DNA of 64,000 bases. It comes from the human T2T-CHM13v2.0 reference genome, Homo sapiens. A program made the position numbers and the translations under genes. Below the pieces are notes generated by a model. That model was given only the letters and a program-made list of their open reading frames with translations. It did not search any database and had not been told where the DNA came from. Location: the NCBI RefSeq assembly GCF_009914755.1, contig NC_060926.1. One strand, 5' to 3'. Shown in pieces: positions 27,811-43,380 of this stretch. Every line of letters starts with the position of its first letter. The stretch's first letter is position 1.

Positions 27811-29486
27811 GGATTATGTTACATAGGCTAAACATAAACACTGAGAAACAGTGAAAAGACTGGATGAACAGAATATCACCTTCAGAATGAACAGAAAAAG
27901 GTTGGCTGTTTATCCTGATGATTTTTAAAAAATGTTTTTAATGCTCTTAGAAGACAAACATGCTCCTTCACTGTTTGAGCTCAGCAGTTACTACAGTAGG
28001 CACTTCAGGAGTGTCTGTATATCTGGTGCCTTTCCATTCTCTCCCCACTCACCCTCCTATCAACACACACTTGCTAGCACCTTTTCCCTTTAGGAAAGAT
28101 GAATCCCAGGAAACATGTGACGCCCCCTCCCTGACCACAGGTGACTGGATCAGCACCAACACCTTCCCTCACTATTACCAAATATATGTTCTCAATTTAA
28201 AGCAACATACAGATGGCAAAGTCAATTTGGTTTTAATTCATCCCCCTTTATATCAAGAATAAATTTATGCTGCTTTGAATCACTAATTTAAACACTATTC
28301 TATCACAATATAGTGAAAGAAGGAAAAGGGAGGGAGGAAAAACAAAAGGAAGGAGGGAGAAAGAAAAGAAGGAAGGGAGGAAAGGTGGAAAGAAGGAAGA
28401 ACGGAAGGAGGGAAAAAGGAACAGAAACATATTAAGCATTTCCACAGAGGTAAAATAAATACACATTAACCTGAGTTATGTTCTCAAAGTGATTCAATAC
28501 ATTTTGACCTTTCAAAAGTAAAATCTTGTTATTGGGATTGAGAATTTATAGATACTGAACGTATCTATAAATTCTGCTTCAATCTAAACAATTGTACTAC
28601 ATTAGTCAGGCAGTCATAAAATTACCCATGAACTTTGAATTTAAGTATGAATCCAGGCAGCAAAAAAAAAAAAAATGAAATAACTCTCCTCTTTTGAGAA
28701 ATATGGAATAAAACTGAATAAGATGAAGCCATTTTCGAGAGTATTTACCTACCTGGTAAAAACAAAAAAGAATTCTTTAACATGTAATGCTATGGTGAAT
28801 TTAGCTGAATTCTAGTTAAATCCAACATAACTAGTAATAAAATTATATTCATTTATTTAACAATCATTTACTGAAATCTACCACACCAGGCCCTGTAGCA
28901 GGCACTAAGGATATAACAATAGACAAAATAGACATAAATTCCTGACACATGCAGCTTACATTTGAGAGGGGGAAGATAAAATAATAAAATATACAGCATA
29001 GTCTGTTATATGCGGTGATAAAAGTAAAATAGAGAAAATGAAACAAGGGATGGTCAGGAAATTCCTCAATTAAAAACTTACATTTGATAAAGATCTGAAT
29101 GGACCTTTAAGTGTATCCACATAGTCTAAATGTTTAGATTGAAGTGATACTTTCTGAAAACAAAACATGAAGGGCAACTCTTCCTAGGTAAGAGTAGACT
29201 TTCTGTTCCTAGAACAAGGATACCATCAAGGTGGCATCATCCAGCCTTTGTCCAGCTGGCAAACACCATCAAAGTTTCGTGGAGCCTTCCCAGACTCCCT
29301 TACTCTCAGACAGGATTAATCATCCTCTCCTCTGTCTGATGCCTCCTCACTACGTACAGACTTTTATGACATACCAGGCGTTCTTCCCTAGTAAATTATA
29401 GGCGCCTTAAGATTTTTTTTATGGCTCTGTTTGCCCCTAACATGTAGCACAAGGACTTATTCATTATAGGATTTATTATATAACTC

Positions 29487-29789
29487 TTTTTTTCTTTTTT
29501 GATACTGGGTCTTGTTCTGTCGCCAGGCTGTAGTGCAATGGCACAATCTTGGCTCACTGCAACCTCCACCCTCCACCTCCTAGGCCCAAGTGATGCAAGG
29601 GCCTCAGCCTCCCAAGTAGCTGAGACTAAAGGCATACGCCACCACACCCGGCTAATTTTTGTATTTTTAATAGAGACAAGGGTTTCACCATGTTGGCCAG
29701 TATGGGCTTAAACTCCTGACCTCAAGCGATCTACCTGCCTTAGCCTCCCAAATTTCTGGGATTACAGGCATCAGCCACTGCGCCTGGCC
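29487..29789 (-). mobile_element. Alu (J/S)
   Basis: Antisense Alu consensus. Confidence 0.88.
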
Positions 29790-29939
29790 CTCATTTTTTT
29801 AAATTTACTGTAACTGTAATTAGTTACAGTAAACACAATTATAAAACAAACATCTCAATATCCAAATTAGTAACCACTAAATAAAACAGCAGTTGGCTAG
29901 ATTATCCTTGTAGGGTACTCCCACCTATAAATTCTTCAA

Positions 29940-30460
29940 GTGTTTCTCACGGCTTATAGGAGAGACCATTAAGAGAACTTAGCCTGGCATTCAAGGCCTG
30001 CAGCAGCTGGATCCTGCCCGCCTTCCCAGCCTCCTCTCCAGCCATCACCCCACACCTCTCCGATTCCAGTCATACCACCATGTTTATCGTCCCCTAAAGC
30101 CATGGCTCTGAGTCTCTGCAGAGGCTGTTTCCTTTGCCTGGAGTCCTTGTTCTCCCTCTGTGCCTGGTAAACTCCTGCTCATCTTAAGCATCTGTTCCAG
30201 CTTGGTTTCCTTTTAAAAGTCTTCCATGATTTCCTCAGGTAGAGTTACTCTTTCCTCTGAGCTCCCAAATTTCCATTCCTCAGCTACAATATTTATTACA
30301 TTGTGGTGTAGCTGTTTCCTTGCCCAGCTTCTCCACTTGGCTGAGACTTCTTTGAGGATAGAGACCATTTTACTCATCTTTGTACCTTCAGTAGGTAGCA
30401 ACAGTGCCAATCACATAGTAGTAACTTAATAAGTCTAGGTTGACTGAATGTTGAATATGT
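29940..30460 (+). mobile_element. L2 3' fragment
   Basis: cctggcattcaaggcc.., gctgtttcctttgcctgga, ..tagcaacagtgcc..acatagtag..taataa..tgactgaatg. Confidence 0.6.
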
Positions 30461-30739
30461 TTTAAATGCTTGATTGAGAACATTCAGTGACATTGTCAGA
30501 GAGAAGAAAAACAAGTTTCTAGTGTACTTTTTTCTATATACCATTCTGCACTTTGTGTAAGGTGGCTCACATTGTAAAAGCATACAGACCTAAACCAATA
30601 ACATCATTTACCTAAAAAGCAAGAATCCCTTACATCCTTGGTGATAGAACATGTATGTAGTATGCTGTATTTCATATGACATTAAAGATTTAAAATACAG
30701 TTGAAATTAGAAATGTAAATAAGTGGAAGAACTAAATAA

Positions 30740-31481
30740 GCAAGTGGTTTTAATTGGGGATGAGTTTGCCCCCTAGGGGACATTTGGCAAAGTCTGGGAC
30801 CATTTTTGGTTGTTACAACTTGGAGGATGGGGCTGCTGCTACCATGTAGTGGGTAGAGGCCAGGGATGCTGCTAGACATCCTATAAAGTAGGGGTCCCCA
30901 ACTCCCAGGCCACGGACCAGCCTGTTAGCAACCTGGTCATGCAGCCGGAGGTGAACAGCGGGAGAATAAGCAAAGCTTCATCTGTATTTACAGCCACTCC
31001 CCAATGCTCAAGTTACCACCTGAGCTCCACCTCCTGTCGGATGAGCGGTGGCATTAGATTCTCATAGAAGTGCAAATTCTATTGTGAACTGCACATGCAA
31101 GGGACCTAGGTTGCATGCTCCTTCTGAGAATCTTATGCCTGATGATTTGTCACTGTCTCCCATCACCCCCAGATGGGACCATCTAGTTGCAGGAAAATTA
31201 GCTAAGGGTTCCCACTGATTCTACATTATGGTAATTTATATAATTATTTCATTATATATTACAAGGCAATAATAGAAATAAAGTGCATGATAAATGTAGT
31301 GCACTTGAATCATACCAAAACTACTCCCCCCGGCCCCTGGTCTGTGGAAAAATTGTCTTCCACAAAACTGTTCCCTGGTCCCAAGAAGACTGGGGGCAGC
31401 TGCCATAAATCATAGGACAAACCCCACAGCAAAGAATTATCTGGCCTTAAATGTCAATGGTACCAAGGTTGAAAAACTCTG
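30740..31481. mobile_element. MER20 interrupted by a MER1A-like element (~30888-31402)
   Basis: MER20 5' half (ggggacatttggca..gtagaggccagggatgctgcta) and 3' half (ccacagcaaagaattatctggcc..aatgtcaat) flank ggggtccccaac...ctgggggcagctg. Confidence 0.8.
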
Positions 31482-32182
31482 ACCTAACCCTTTTACCTCA
31501 AGAAACTATAATTTTTTTTTTTGCAAATTACTATAATGACATTGAAGTTATGATGGGTTCTTAGGGGAATGTAATTGGTTCACTAGTCAACTGCTAGGAA
31601 TGTACAACTTCTAAAAATAATTGTAAAATGTTGTACTCTGAACTCAGGGAAATATCAATCTTGAGAAAAGTGAAGGGCTGGGTATCATGTTCAACATTTG
31701 ATCAGTAGTAATTTGAACTCTGCTAAAACAATTAGATGATAATAAACATCATATTCAATCTCAAAACATTTGGGTAATTATTAATAAGCATTAAAGAAAG
31801 CATTATTGCTGATAAAATGGATGATGACTTTGGAAAGAATCACTTGGCTACTTAGCAATAAGCTTACCAACCTTTGTAACATTTCAGCAATGCATACAAG
31901 ATTAGGGTAGTTTAAAAATCAGAAAATACATCAAAGCAGAATCAGAAAATGTGAAAGTACTCTAAATAATGAAAACTAAGCTTAACTTGTCACCCAGATT
32001 CCAGAATATATGTTAAGAATATGGTGAGAATAGCAACACTTCAAACTTACTTACCTTATTCCAGTGACAATATAGGAATGTGATGCAAAACAAAATCTCT
32101 ACCTCTGTCTCTAACTTGTTACTGACCATATTTTGACAACCTACAGGTGGGCTTCACTTAGATTTACCTTTGACATACAAAT

Positions 32183-32537
32183 ACAGATTGAGCATCCCTA
32201 ATCTGAAAATCTGAAATCTGAAATGCTCCAAAATCCAAAACATTTTGAGTGCTGATATCACCCTACAAATGGAAAATTCCACACTCGGTACCTTTGCTTT
32301 CTGATGGTTGAATGTACACAAACTTTGTTTCATGCACAAATTTATTGAAAATATTGTATGAAATTACTTTCAGGCTATGTGTATAAGGTATATACGAAAC
32401 ATAAATGAATTTTGTGTTTAGACTTTAATCTCATCCCCAAGATCTCATTATGTATATGCAAATAGTCTAAAATCCAAAAAACTCTGAAATACGTAACACC
32501 TGCGGTCTCAAGCATTTCAAATTATACTTAACCTGTG
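32183..32537. mobile_element. Tigger4/MER46-type DNA transposon
   Basis: tacagattgagcatccctaatctgaaaatctgaaatc ... atacttaacctgt. Confidence 0.75.
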
Positions 32538-33409
32538 TAACACTTCAAAAAATGAACTTATCATTTTTCCATAATGAAATGGAAGCTCTTAAATTATTTT
32601 CAATGGCATCACCCAATTTCTGAGTACCTAGGCTCATAATTCTATTATCTTTCATTTCACTCTCTACACTTCAGCCTCAATATCCAACTACCCTCTGGAT
32701 TTGTATCCTACAGTATCTTTTCGATTTGATCCTTTGCCCAGTTTATTCCCTTTTATCCCTGCTCTTAAAGCCACCGCTTTAATGAGGTCCTTATCATTTG
32801 TTTCTAGATTTCTGTAACAACCTCAAAGGTCTCTTATCTTTCTTTAGTCTCTCCCTGCTCCACTCAGGTTATTACTTGACAATGAAATAATAACAACCAC
32901 AACTATAATACTGACAATTCTAGGCTACTGCAGCTTGGGGGTTTATAGTCCAAGTTTTGGAGTCAGACTGCCTGGATTTCAAGTACTTAATAACAATCCT
33001 ATGAAGTAGCCACTATGATTATCCCCATTTCACAAATAAGAAAGTGTAAGTGTAGAGGATGGAAGTCACTTACCTTAGGTCACCTATCTAGTAAACAGGT
33101 AGCCAGGACTTGGTCTAGTCAGTTTGGCCCATCCTCCAGCCTATTTTCACTCCGGACTTGGTGGGTCCTATATCCATACCATGGAGCTACTCTCCATATA
33201 TCTTGACCCTATGTGCCTAACTTATTTTCTCTTTCAGTATCGCTTTTGCATGTAATAGGCTAGTAACATTTATTTCACTTTTTATGATAGTGAATCATTT
33301 TGAAATTGTTCTCAAGTAGCTCCATTTTTTTATTTTTTGTCGCTTCATCTAGGCTTAAGTTTTTTAAGGGTTTTTTTCTCTCAAATTACCTAGTATAACA
33401 CCAATTAAT

Positions 33410-33684
33410 ACATATTATATATATTATATATTATTTATATAACATATATAATATATATTATTTATATAACATATATTATATATATTATTTATATAACATA
33501 TATTATATATAGCATTTATATAACATATATTACATATAGCATTTATATAATATATTATATATAGTATTTATATAATTATATAAAATTATATGTTATTATA
33601 TATATTTATTATATATATAATTATATATGTTATTATATATATAATTATATATAAGTAATTATATATAATATACTATGTATATAT

Positions 33685-33685
<1 letters not shown>
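33410..33685. repeat. AT-rich minisatellite-like array (~25-bp unit ATATTATATATTATTTATATAACAT)
   Basis: Direct reading. Confidence 0.85.
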
Positions 33686-33974
<289 letters not shown>

Positions 33975-34586
33975 AACACTGATTAGTATTAAGTACTTTC
34001 AGACTATCTTTAATTAAGTAGGTGAAAACCCTTTACAAATAAAAAATGCAAGAAATTGAGGTGAATATCTAATAAGAGGCATTATTATAAGTATAAAAGT
34101 CAAGTTGGAGATTCCCAACATTTCCTAACAAATAATCACAGCAAGCTAAATTTGGGGATCCTGAAAAATAGTAAAAATTTTTAGGCTTCATTTGCTAATG
34201 CCAAATACAAGGGTTGAAAAATCAAAAACTTTATTTTTCTAATTAGTATAATTGGTCCAGTTGTTCGAGAATAACACCCAGCTTGAGGGCATAAAAGCTT
34301 CTGACACTTTCAACTGAAATCACAACCTAGATTGGAAGTCAGCAGTGACAGTTTTTACAATTTTTACAATAACAGCATTTGAGCAAGAATCTCAGGAAGG
34401 ATAGAGAAAAACATTTTTCTCCATTCAGTACCACTGTTACCACTATGGTCACCATTCAGAAACCTTTCATTGGAATGATAGCCACAAGTCTTCAATTTGG
34501 CTTATCCATATTCAGAAAAGAGGAAGACATAAGAAGCTTATATTTCTATTGTTTTTGAGTGCCTAGTCTGTGTCAGGCACTGGAAC

Positions 34587-34772
34587 AGGGTTTCTCAACC
34601 TTACCACGACTGACATTTTGGGCCAGATAATTCTTTCTTGTTGGGGGCTGCACAGTGCCTTGTGAGATGTTTAGCACATCCCCAACCTCTCTACCCACCA
34701 GATGCCAGCAGCGTATCCTCAGTCATGACAATCATGACTGGGGAGCAAAACCATCCCTGGTTAAGAGCCACT
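34587..34772. mobile_element. MER20 DNA transposon
   Basis: cagggtttctcaacctt..actgacattttgggccagataattctt..gttaagagccactg. Confidence 0.75.
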
Positions 34773-34939
34773 GCACCAAACTGAGGTCTTTCTTTACAAA
34801 TGTCTTATTGATTCCTCAAAACAATTTGACAAACATGCCAATAGTATTGTCTCTATTTTACAGATAAGAAAATGGCAACTCAGGGATGCTACCAACTTGG
34901 CCCAGGGGACCCAACCTGCCCAGGGTCAGCTGACCCCAT

Positions 34940-35379
<440 letters not shown>

Positions 35380-36664
35380 TAACAATGAAGACAAATCTCA
35401 TCTCTACAGGGTTGTGAGATGATCTCAGGAATCCTCATATTATGCCCCAAAACCTTCAGCCACAGTATTTCTATGCAGAGCAACAGAATTTTGGTAAATC
35501 TTACCCGGAGTGGGTAAATAAGGAAAAATGGCATTATTCTAAAAATATGTTTCAGGAATATGAACTTTAAATGTATAAGGTTCCACCTTTAATTCCTCCC
35601 TCTTCCTCAGTTTCCCTGCCAAGTCCCTCATCAAGTAACATGGATGGCTCTTCCACTCAGCTTCTCTTTTCTGTTCCTACAAACTTCACTGTATCCCTGA
35701 CCCTCACGAGGCTGTATGGCACTCCAGTTTATTCAGCATCCTGCTGCCAGACCAATCTTTCACAATAATTAAATTCACCAGGCTACTGCCCTTTCAGAAA
35801 ACCACTAATAAATCCTCATTTTTCTGAAGCATCATGTTTAAATTTCACTAAATTGACATTCCAGGCCCTTCAAATGCTGTTTGTGTCTATCCCTTAGTCA
35901 TGTTGTCTCTCCTCCTTGCACCAAATTCCTCACTATCCTACACATTTGCTGAGGAGAATACTGCCTTTTTAAGCCCCTCATCCTATGGCTTCCTTGCTTG
36001 TCAATGCCATCCCTTTTCTGCATCTCTGTGTCAAAATCCTGGCCACTCTTGTAGGCCCAGCTCAGTTGAAGGCCCTCCAGAGAGCATTTTGACTATTGCA
36101 GCCTCATCAAGGCCTTTAAAGATATTCACAGCCCTGACTGTCTAACCCATACCACCTAGAATCTCAATTTTAACTCTCCGGTATCTGCTGGAGTTTCACG
36201 TTTGCCCAGATGGATTATAATTCTGTTGCATGTTGGTACTGTATCTCAGACTTACGGACTATGCTCAGAGAAGGTCCTCAGTGAGCCCTCACAAATGGAA
36301 TCCATAAAATTCTCCTGCTGCTGTAGGAATAAAGGGAATACTTCAGAGAAATCTAAACCCCTAATCTTATCTTTATGTCTGGGGCTCCACCCAATATGAG
36401 GTCACCTTATGTTCACTGCTACTTGGAAACACTACTACCAGCACACCTGCCAACTCATTTCCAGCTTTGGCCCTTCGTCAGCCCTGAGCTTTCAAGACTC
36501 CTGGTCTCCTTTTCTTATCAGCACACCTTGACTTACTTCTGTATCATGGTCTTTGACACTGACCTTCTTCCTGGGGAGTAAACCTAAATCATCACTCTGA
36601 GATTGTGCTTTATGGCCTCTTTACTGGTGTCTCCAGGAATGGAAATTACGACATCATCTGAGCC

Positions 36665-36842
36665 TATGATTCCCAAAAACAACTGAGGATAAGATCACTT
36701 GTGTGTGCTTATTAAACATCCAATTCCCAGGCCCTGCTCCAGACCTGCTGCATCAGAATATCCAGGATAAAGGCCTAGGAACTGGAGAGATTAACAAGCA
36801 TCCCAGGTGGTTCTTATGCTCAGATGAGTTAAGGAAGCACTG
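36665..36842. mobile_element. MER5-type hAT element with 8-bp TSD
   Basis: ccctgctccagacctgctgcatcagaat core; near-TSD ATCTGAGC/ATCTCAGC. Confidence 0.65.
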
Positions 36843-37006
36843 ATCTCAGCTACTGGGTAATATTTTACCAACTCAGCTGATGAGATATTCGGTTTCAATT
36901 GACAATCAGAAAATAGGCATCCCGGAGAAGGAAATTATTGATATCAGGAGCCTGGCAGCATTCCTCCTCATCAACTTCCATTCTTCTAGCTATTAATATA
37001 AGGAAG

Positions 37007-37373
37007 TGTATTAGTCCATTTTTACACTGCTGATAAAGACATACCTGAGACTGGGTAATTTGTAAGGAAAAAGAGGTTTAATGGACTCACAGTTCCACGT
37101 GGCTGGGGAGGCCTCACAATCACAGTGGAAGGTGAGGGAAGAACAAAGGCATGTCTTACATGGCAACAGGCAAAAAGAGAATGAGAATCAAGCAACAGGG
37201 GAAACCCCTTATAAAACCTTAAGATCTCACGAGACTTATTCACTACCATGAGAACAGTATGGGGAAAATCATGATTCAATTATCTCCCACTGGGTTCCTC
37301 ACACAATACGTGGGAATTATGAGACCTACAATTCAACATGAGATTTGGGAGAGGACACAACCAAACCATATCA
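37007..37373 (-). mobile_element. THE1-family MaLR solo LTR
   Basis: tgtattagtccatttt..ctgctgataaagacatacctgagactggg...caaaccatatca; perfect 5-bp TSD GGAAG. Confidence 0.9.
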
Positions 37374-37811
37374 GGAAGTATGCTCTATTAATGAACCACT
37401 AATATAAAAACTAGCTGTGGCTCCTTAAACAAGTCATCTAGGAATTCTGAACTTCAATTTCCTAACTTATACAAAAAGGGAGGGTTGGACAATATCAGTA
37501 GTTTTCTTTTATGGATACTCACTGCATTTGCCCTTAGACTCACCCCTGGGAATTCTAATTTTATTGATACAATTCTGTTGTAAAATTGAGGTTAAAATAA
37601 AGTGAACTGGTGATTTTTAAGATGACTCACGGCTCTGAAATAATCCTTTGATTTAATAACTCTATTATTTGTAAATACTTGTATCAATTCTAGACATTTA
37701 TTTCACACCATATGTAAATATATATATACTTTTTATTCCATTTTTTCAATATCATCTTTGTTAAGTGTTTGACATTTATGTAGAAGAGAGGCTGAATAAT
37801 TCTCTCTGTGT

Positions 37812-38108
37812 GTTTTTTTGAGATAAGGTCTTGCTCTGTTGCCCAGGCTGGAGTACAATGGCTTGATCACAGCTCACTGCAGCCTCAACCTCCTAAACTC
37901 AAGTGATCCCCCCACCTCGGACTCCCAAGAAGCTGAGACCACAGGTGTGCACCACCATGCCCAGCTATTTTTAATTTTTAAATTTTTTTTAAGAGATGGG
38001 ATCTCCCTATGTTGCCCAGGCTGGTTTAGAACTCCTGGGCTCAAGCGATCCTCCTGCCTCTGCCTCCCAAAGTGCTGGGATTATAGGCATGAACCCCAGC
38101 ACCCAGCC
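37812..38108 (-). mobile_element. AluJ
   Basis: Antisense Alu; TSD GAGGCTGAATAATTCT. Confidence 0.9.
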
Positions 38109-38259
38109 TGAGGCTGAATAATTCTAAACAATTTGTATGAGTTATTATTACTATACAAAAATATTCAGGAGTATAATGAAATCTTTTAAAATATATAAGC
38201 CAAGAGACATGTGAATAGCAACAACCTAGTTGTTAATCCAATCAAAGGTAGGAGTATAT

Positions 38260-39240
38260 TTATCCATTCCCTCAGTACTTTGACTAATATTTATTGTTCA
38301 ATGCCTGCTAATTTATCAGCCCCAGTGATAGTTACTAGAGATATAACAATACATGAGAAACAGTCCAATTCCACATTGGAAAAATAAGCATACTGTCAAT
38401 AAAACAAACCTGATAAGGATCACAAAGGAATCCAAGGAGCTACAAGAACACATAAAGAAAATAAAGAAAGTCTTAACCTCCTCCTGTGCTCAGGAAAGGC
38501 TTGCAGGAAGAAGTGACAAGTGACAAGTAGGGTGAAACCTGAGAAGTTAATTGGAATTAAGCGTGTATGTTAAGGCAAGGTAAACAGCATGTTGGAAGAA
38601 CCTGAAGTAGAAAGAGCTTAGAGAGTACTAGGAAGAGAAATAAGATCAAAAAGGCTGGAAATAGTCAATGAAGGGGACAGTGGCACAAGCAACTACCATG
38701 TAGGCCCAGGTAAGAGAGTTTAGAATTTAAAAGCACTGGGGAGCCACTGAATACTTTAAGCAAGGGGCTGAAGTAATCTTATTTACATATTTAAAAGTCC
38801 CCAAAGTGCTTGGAAGGCAGAGATGCCTGAGTGGGTACAGGGAAAACAGGCTGTTGCAGTAGTCAGGGGAAATACGATGGACTAAAGTGATAGCAGCAGA
38901 GATGGAGTAAGGTGAATGGATTTAAGAAATCCATCTGAAGGAACTCAGAAGAGCTTAATGATTGGTGGGCTGTGAGAGGTAGAGGAATCCATGAGTCAAG
39001 GTTTCAGATTTGAGCAACTGGGTGGGTGGCCATGTCATTTGCTGAGATAAGAAACCCTGGAAGAGGAAACATAATGAGTTCAGTCTGGGACACATTGAGT
39101 GTGAAACATCTGTGAGTCAACCAGGCGCAGGTCTTGAGTAAAATGGGACTAGAACTCAAAAGAAAGACCTGAACTCAAGTTACAAATTGAGAGTTGTCAG
39201 CATATAGATAAAAATGGAAGTCATTAGAGGTGGATGAAAG
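38260..39240 (-). mobile_element. L2 LINE fragment
   Basis: ggggagccactgaa..tttaagca, atgagttcagtctgggaca..ttgagtgtga, gagttgtcagcatatagat motifs. Confidence 0.65.
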
Positions 39241-39558
39241 CACCTACTATGGAAGGTGCTGGAGCTAAACTTGTATACCTGTAGACCTATTCACTGTCAA
39301 GTGGTTCACAGTCCAACAAGTGCAGCCACATATGAACAAGGCCAGAATTTTAGTTCAACTGCTATGAAAACTACACTGAAAAGCCCTATTATTGATCACT
39401 ATAGGTATACCCCTTCTCTGTTCTACCCTCTGGAGGTATATTTCCCAATTCAACTCAAAACTAGAAATGCATCTAAAAGTAAACTAGCCACCATTTTGTT
39501 TTAATCAAGTAGGCTTCAACAGAGAGTACCTCTTGAGCCACTAAGAGCTTTCAGTTAA

Positions 39559-39872
<314 letters not shown>

Positions 39873-40684
39873 CAGTTAACTCTTAACAATAAAATTTACA
39901 AGTTGAAATATATTTACATTGATATCATGCTTTTCTAAATCATTGAACAAGAAAATAAAGGGAGTAGATTGCAGATTTTGTGTGTGGTCACTCTCGTAGT
40001 GATGTGAACTTTACAGTTTACAAGGCTGTGATTATGAAGCCCAAGGTCTGCTAGACTTGTGCCATATGCAAGTCTGTTCACAGTCGAAGGCGGTTCTCGG
40101 GACAAAGTCTATTTTTAAAATGCATTTTGTACCTTAAAAGAGCACTGCATGCAACAGCTAAGGTTTCTGTTTGAAAGTTCACTTGATATCATAAATAATT
40201 ACCAATTAACCTAATGAAGATTGACATTTTTGAGATTTGACTCAATTATCCCTTTTCCTTCCTCCATTCCTTTCTCTTTTTCTCCCACTTCTTCCCCTAA
40301 TTCTTCCCTTCCTCTCTTCATTCCTTTCATCCTCCCTCCTTCTCCTTTTTTTTCTATTTTTCTCTTTTTTCCACAGTTTCTGCTTCTAAGCTTTTTATGG
40401 AATGACACAGAGCACATATATAAAATCGACACACCTAATACAGCAATGTTAAGCAACCTCTTCTATGTAAAGCACTTTGACAGAACTACAGCATCAGTAT
40501 TAAAAACTGAAGAGTCCTTGTGGATCATCTTACCCAATTCACCCATTTTACAAATCAAAAAAGGAAAACTTCTATCCCATTGTTATGCTTGAGAATCATC
40601 TTAAGGCTTATTTGGCCATCATGCTAGATTTCACATAATAATGACAGACACTCTTTTGTATTATTTTATTAAGTTAGCAGGCCT

Positions 40685-40985
40685 AGACCTGTACTGACCG
40701 ATACAGTTAGCCACTGACACATGTGGCAACTGAACCCCTGAAATCTAGCAAATTTGAATTGAAATGTGCTGTAAGTGTAAAATACACAACAGATTTTGAA
40801 AATAGCATAAAAAAGTAAAATATCTTAATAATTTTTATATTGATTTTATGGTGAAATGGTAATGTTTTGATACATTAAGTAAAATATATTCCTGAAATTC
40901 ATTTTACCTGTCTCTGTTTACCTTTTTAATATGGCTACTAGAAAATTATATATGATGTTCACATTTTGACTCATTTCTATTCTGT
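40685..40985. mobile_element. MER3/MER33-type DNA transposon
   Basis: tagccact..cacatgtggc..aaatgtgctgtaagtgtaaaatacac..atatggctactagaaaatt. Confidence 0.7.
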
Positions 40986-41572
40986 TCCAGAATAATAGTG
41001 CCTATCTCATACAAATTTTTGTTGGTTAGCTAACATTTCAGGCCTTTATCTTAAGTTCCTAAACTCATCCAACATTGATAAGTAAAGAAATTCATTCGCC
41101 TTACCAAAAACAAAAAAATGGGTGGGGGAGCGGGGGGCTCACATGACCTAAAAGATATTGAGAATACATTGGTCATAGATCAATAATCCAAAGAATGTAA
41201 TGTTTTGTCCAACGTCACATAGATCAGTACAGAGATGGTTCTAGGGCTCAGGACTTCTATTTTCTCACTGACCTTTTATCTCGAAGCGTTCAGTGAACAA
41301 AATTGTGGAATGGTCTTCAGTGGCTACAAAACTGATTTCAGTTGAATTAGACAAATATTTGAAAGCCTAATAGGTGCCAGGCATTTTGCTAGGCAGCAGT
41401 AATTGAAGGGCTTAAGTTTTATCACTTTAATGTGTGGGGAACTTTCCTTGAGTTCTAAATGAAAAAATAAAACTACTTTTGCCACACTTTTCTCATATTC
41501 ATAATTCAATTATGACCATGTCCAGATGGGCAAATTTCTTAATTTTAAAGCTCTAAACTGAATATTTCATCA

Positions 41573-41875
<303 letters not shown>

Positions 41876-42359
41876 TCATAAAAATGTGATTATATGTTAA
41901 TTAAAAATTAATTTTAACTTAAAAAATACATTAAAGCCATTATCAATTTTTTTTTTCCCAAAATGGTCTTATTTCTTCTGGTTATATTTTAGTTAAAGCT
42001 TAAAACTTAAGTGTACTATCTGAAATATACTATTTACTCTTTCCTTAAAAGACCAGATTTTGACATCTATTTATATCACTTCTGGTTATGAGGTTTAGAA
42101 ATGTTCTGTTACCAAATAGCAAATTTTAGTTTTTAACTATAGGCAACTCTTTTAAATATTCTTGGCAAATTTAAAGGAATTAGACTTTATTCAGAGTAAT
42201 TCTTCATTGCAAGAATAGTAAAGGAGTTACTTAAATTACTTGCCTTAAACCTTTGGACACTGTGGCTTAGTTCTTCTTCTATCATCATCTTGGCCTTAAT
42301 CACTTATTGTTTAGATCATCAACAAGGAAATGCATCATTGCTAACTATAGAATTAATTC

Positions 42360-43380
42360 TACTTTGTTTTGGGTCTTCTAGTATGGTGATGGATTCAGTA
42401 TATCGATATTTTAGTTAATTATTTGCATCTATACTCATGAGTTTTGGGGGCTATTTCTATCAAGTTTTGGTATGTAAACCATGCTGGCTTCAAAAATTGG
42501 AGGTTTTCCATAATTTTTCATAATTATCTATGAATTAGACCAGTTCAAATATGTGAAATTGTCAGTTCTTTGTAGGTTAGAAAAATGTCAGCAGTCGAAA
42601 AATCACTCAGGTTTACGCCTTTTAAAATAGTATTTCTCCAACAATCTTTTCAATTTCTTCTATATTCATTAGTCTTTCACTGTTTACTTCCTTTTCTTGA
42701 GTTACTTGTGTTAATTCATATTTAGCCATAAACAGTTTTATCTGGAGTTTCAAATTTATTGCCACTGAATTACAAATAATCTTCTCTTTAAAAGGTTTTC
42801 TTTTTAATTCTTCCATGCCTGTGTTTATATTCCCTTTCTCATTCCTGAATTTATATATTTTACTTTTTTTTTCCTTTTTAGTTAATCAGGCTTACTAATC
42901 TTTTCTAAGAACCTAGGCTTGGTCAGGCATGGTAGCTCATGCCTGTAATCCCAGCATTTTGGGAGGCCAAGGTAGGCAGATTGCTTGAGCCCAGGAGTTT
43001 GAGACCAGCCTAGGTAACATGGTGAAATCCCATCTCTACAAAAAATAACAAAAAATTAGCCAGGCACAGTGGCACATGCAGGTAGTCCCAGCTACTCTGG
43101 AGGCTGATGTGGGAGAATCACCTGAGCCCAGGGAGGTGGAGGCTGCAGTGAGCTGTGATGGTGTCACTGCACTCCTGGGTGACAGAGTGAGACTCTGTCT
43201 CAAAAACAAACAAACAAACAAAAAAAACTTTAAAAATCTGTTTTGCAATTTCAAAATTTATCATCATTAAATCTCTGTTCCTACTTGTTTTTGTTTTGTT
43301 GCTCTCTTTTTCAGTCTCTTCATTTGAATTTTTAAATCACATGTTTTCATATGTACCTGTTTTGAAAATAAGCAAATGTT
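42360..43380 (-). mobile_element. Degenerate L1M ORF2 fragment interrupted by an AluJ
   Basis: ORF 42622..42816(-) KYELTQVTQEKEVNSERLMNIEEIEKIV resembles L1 ORF2 YNLPRLNQEE.ENLNRPIT.EEIE.VI. Confidence 0.6.
42921..43226 (+). mobile_element. AluJ
   Basis: Alu consensus with (CAAA)n tail. Confidence 0.88.
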
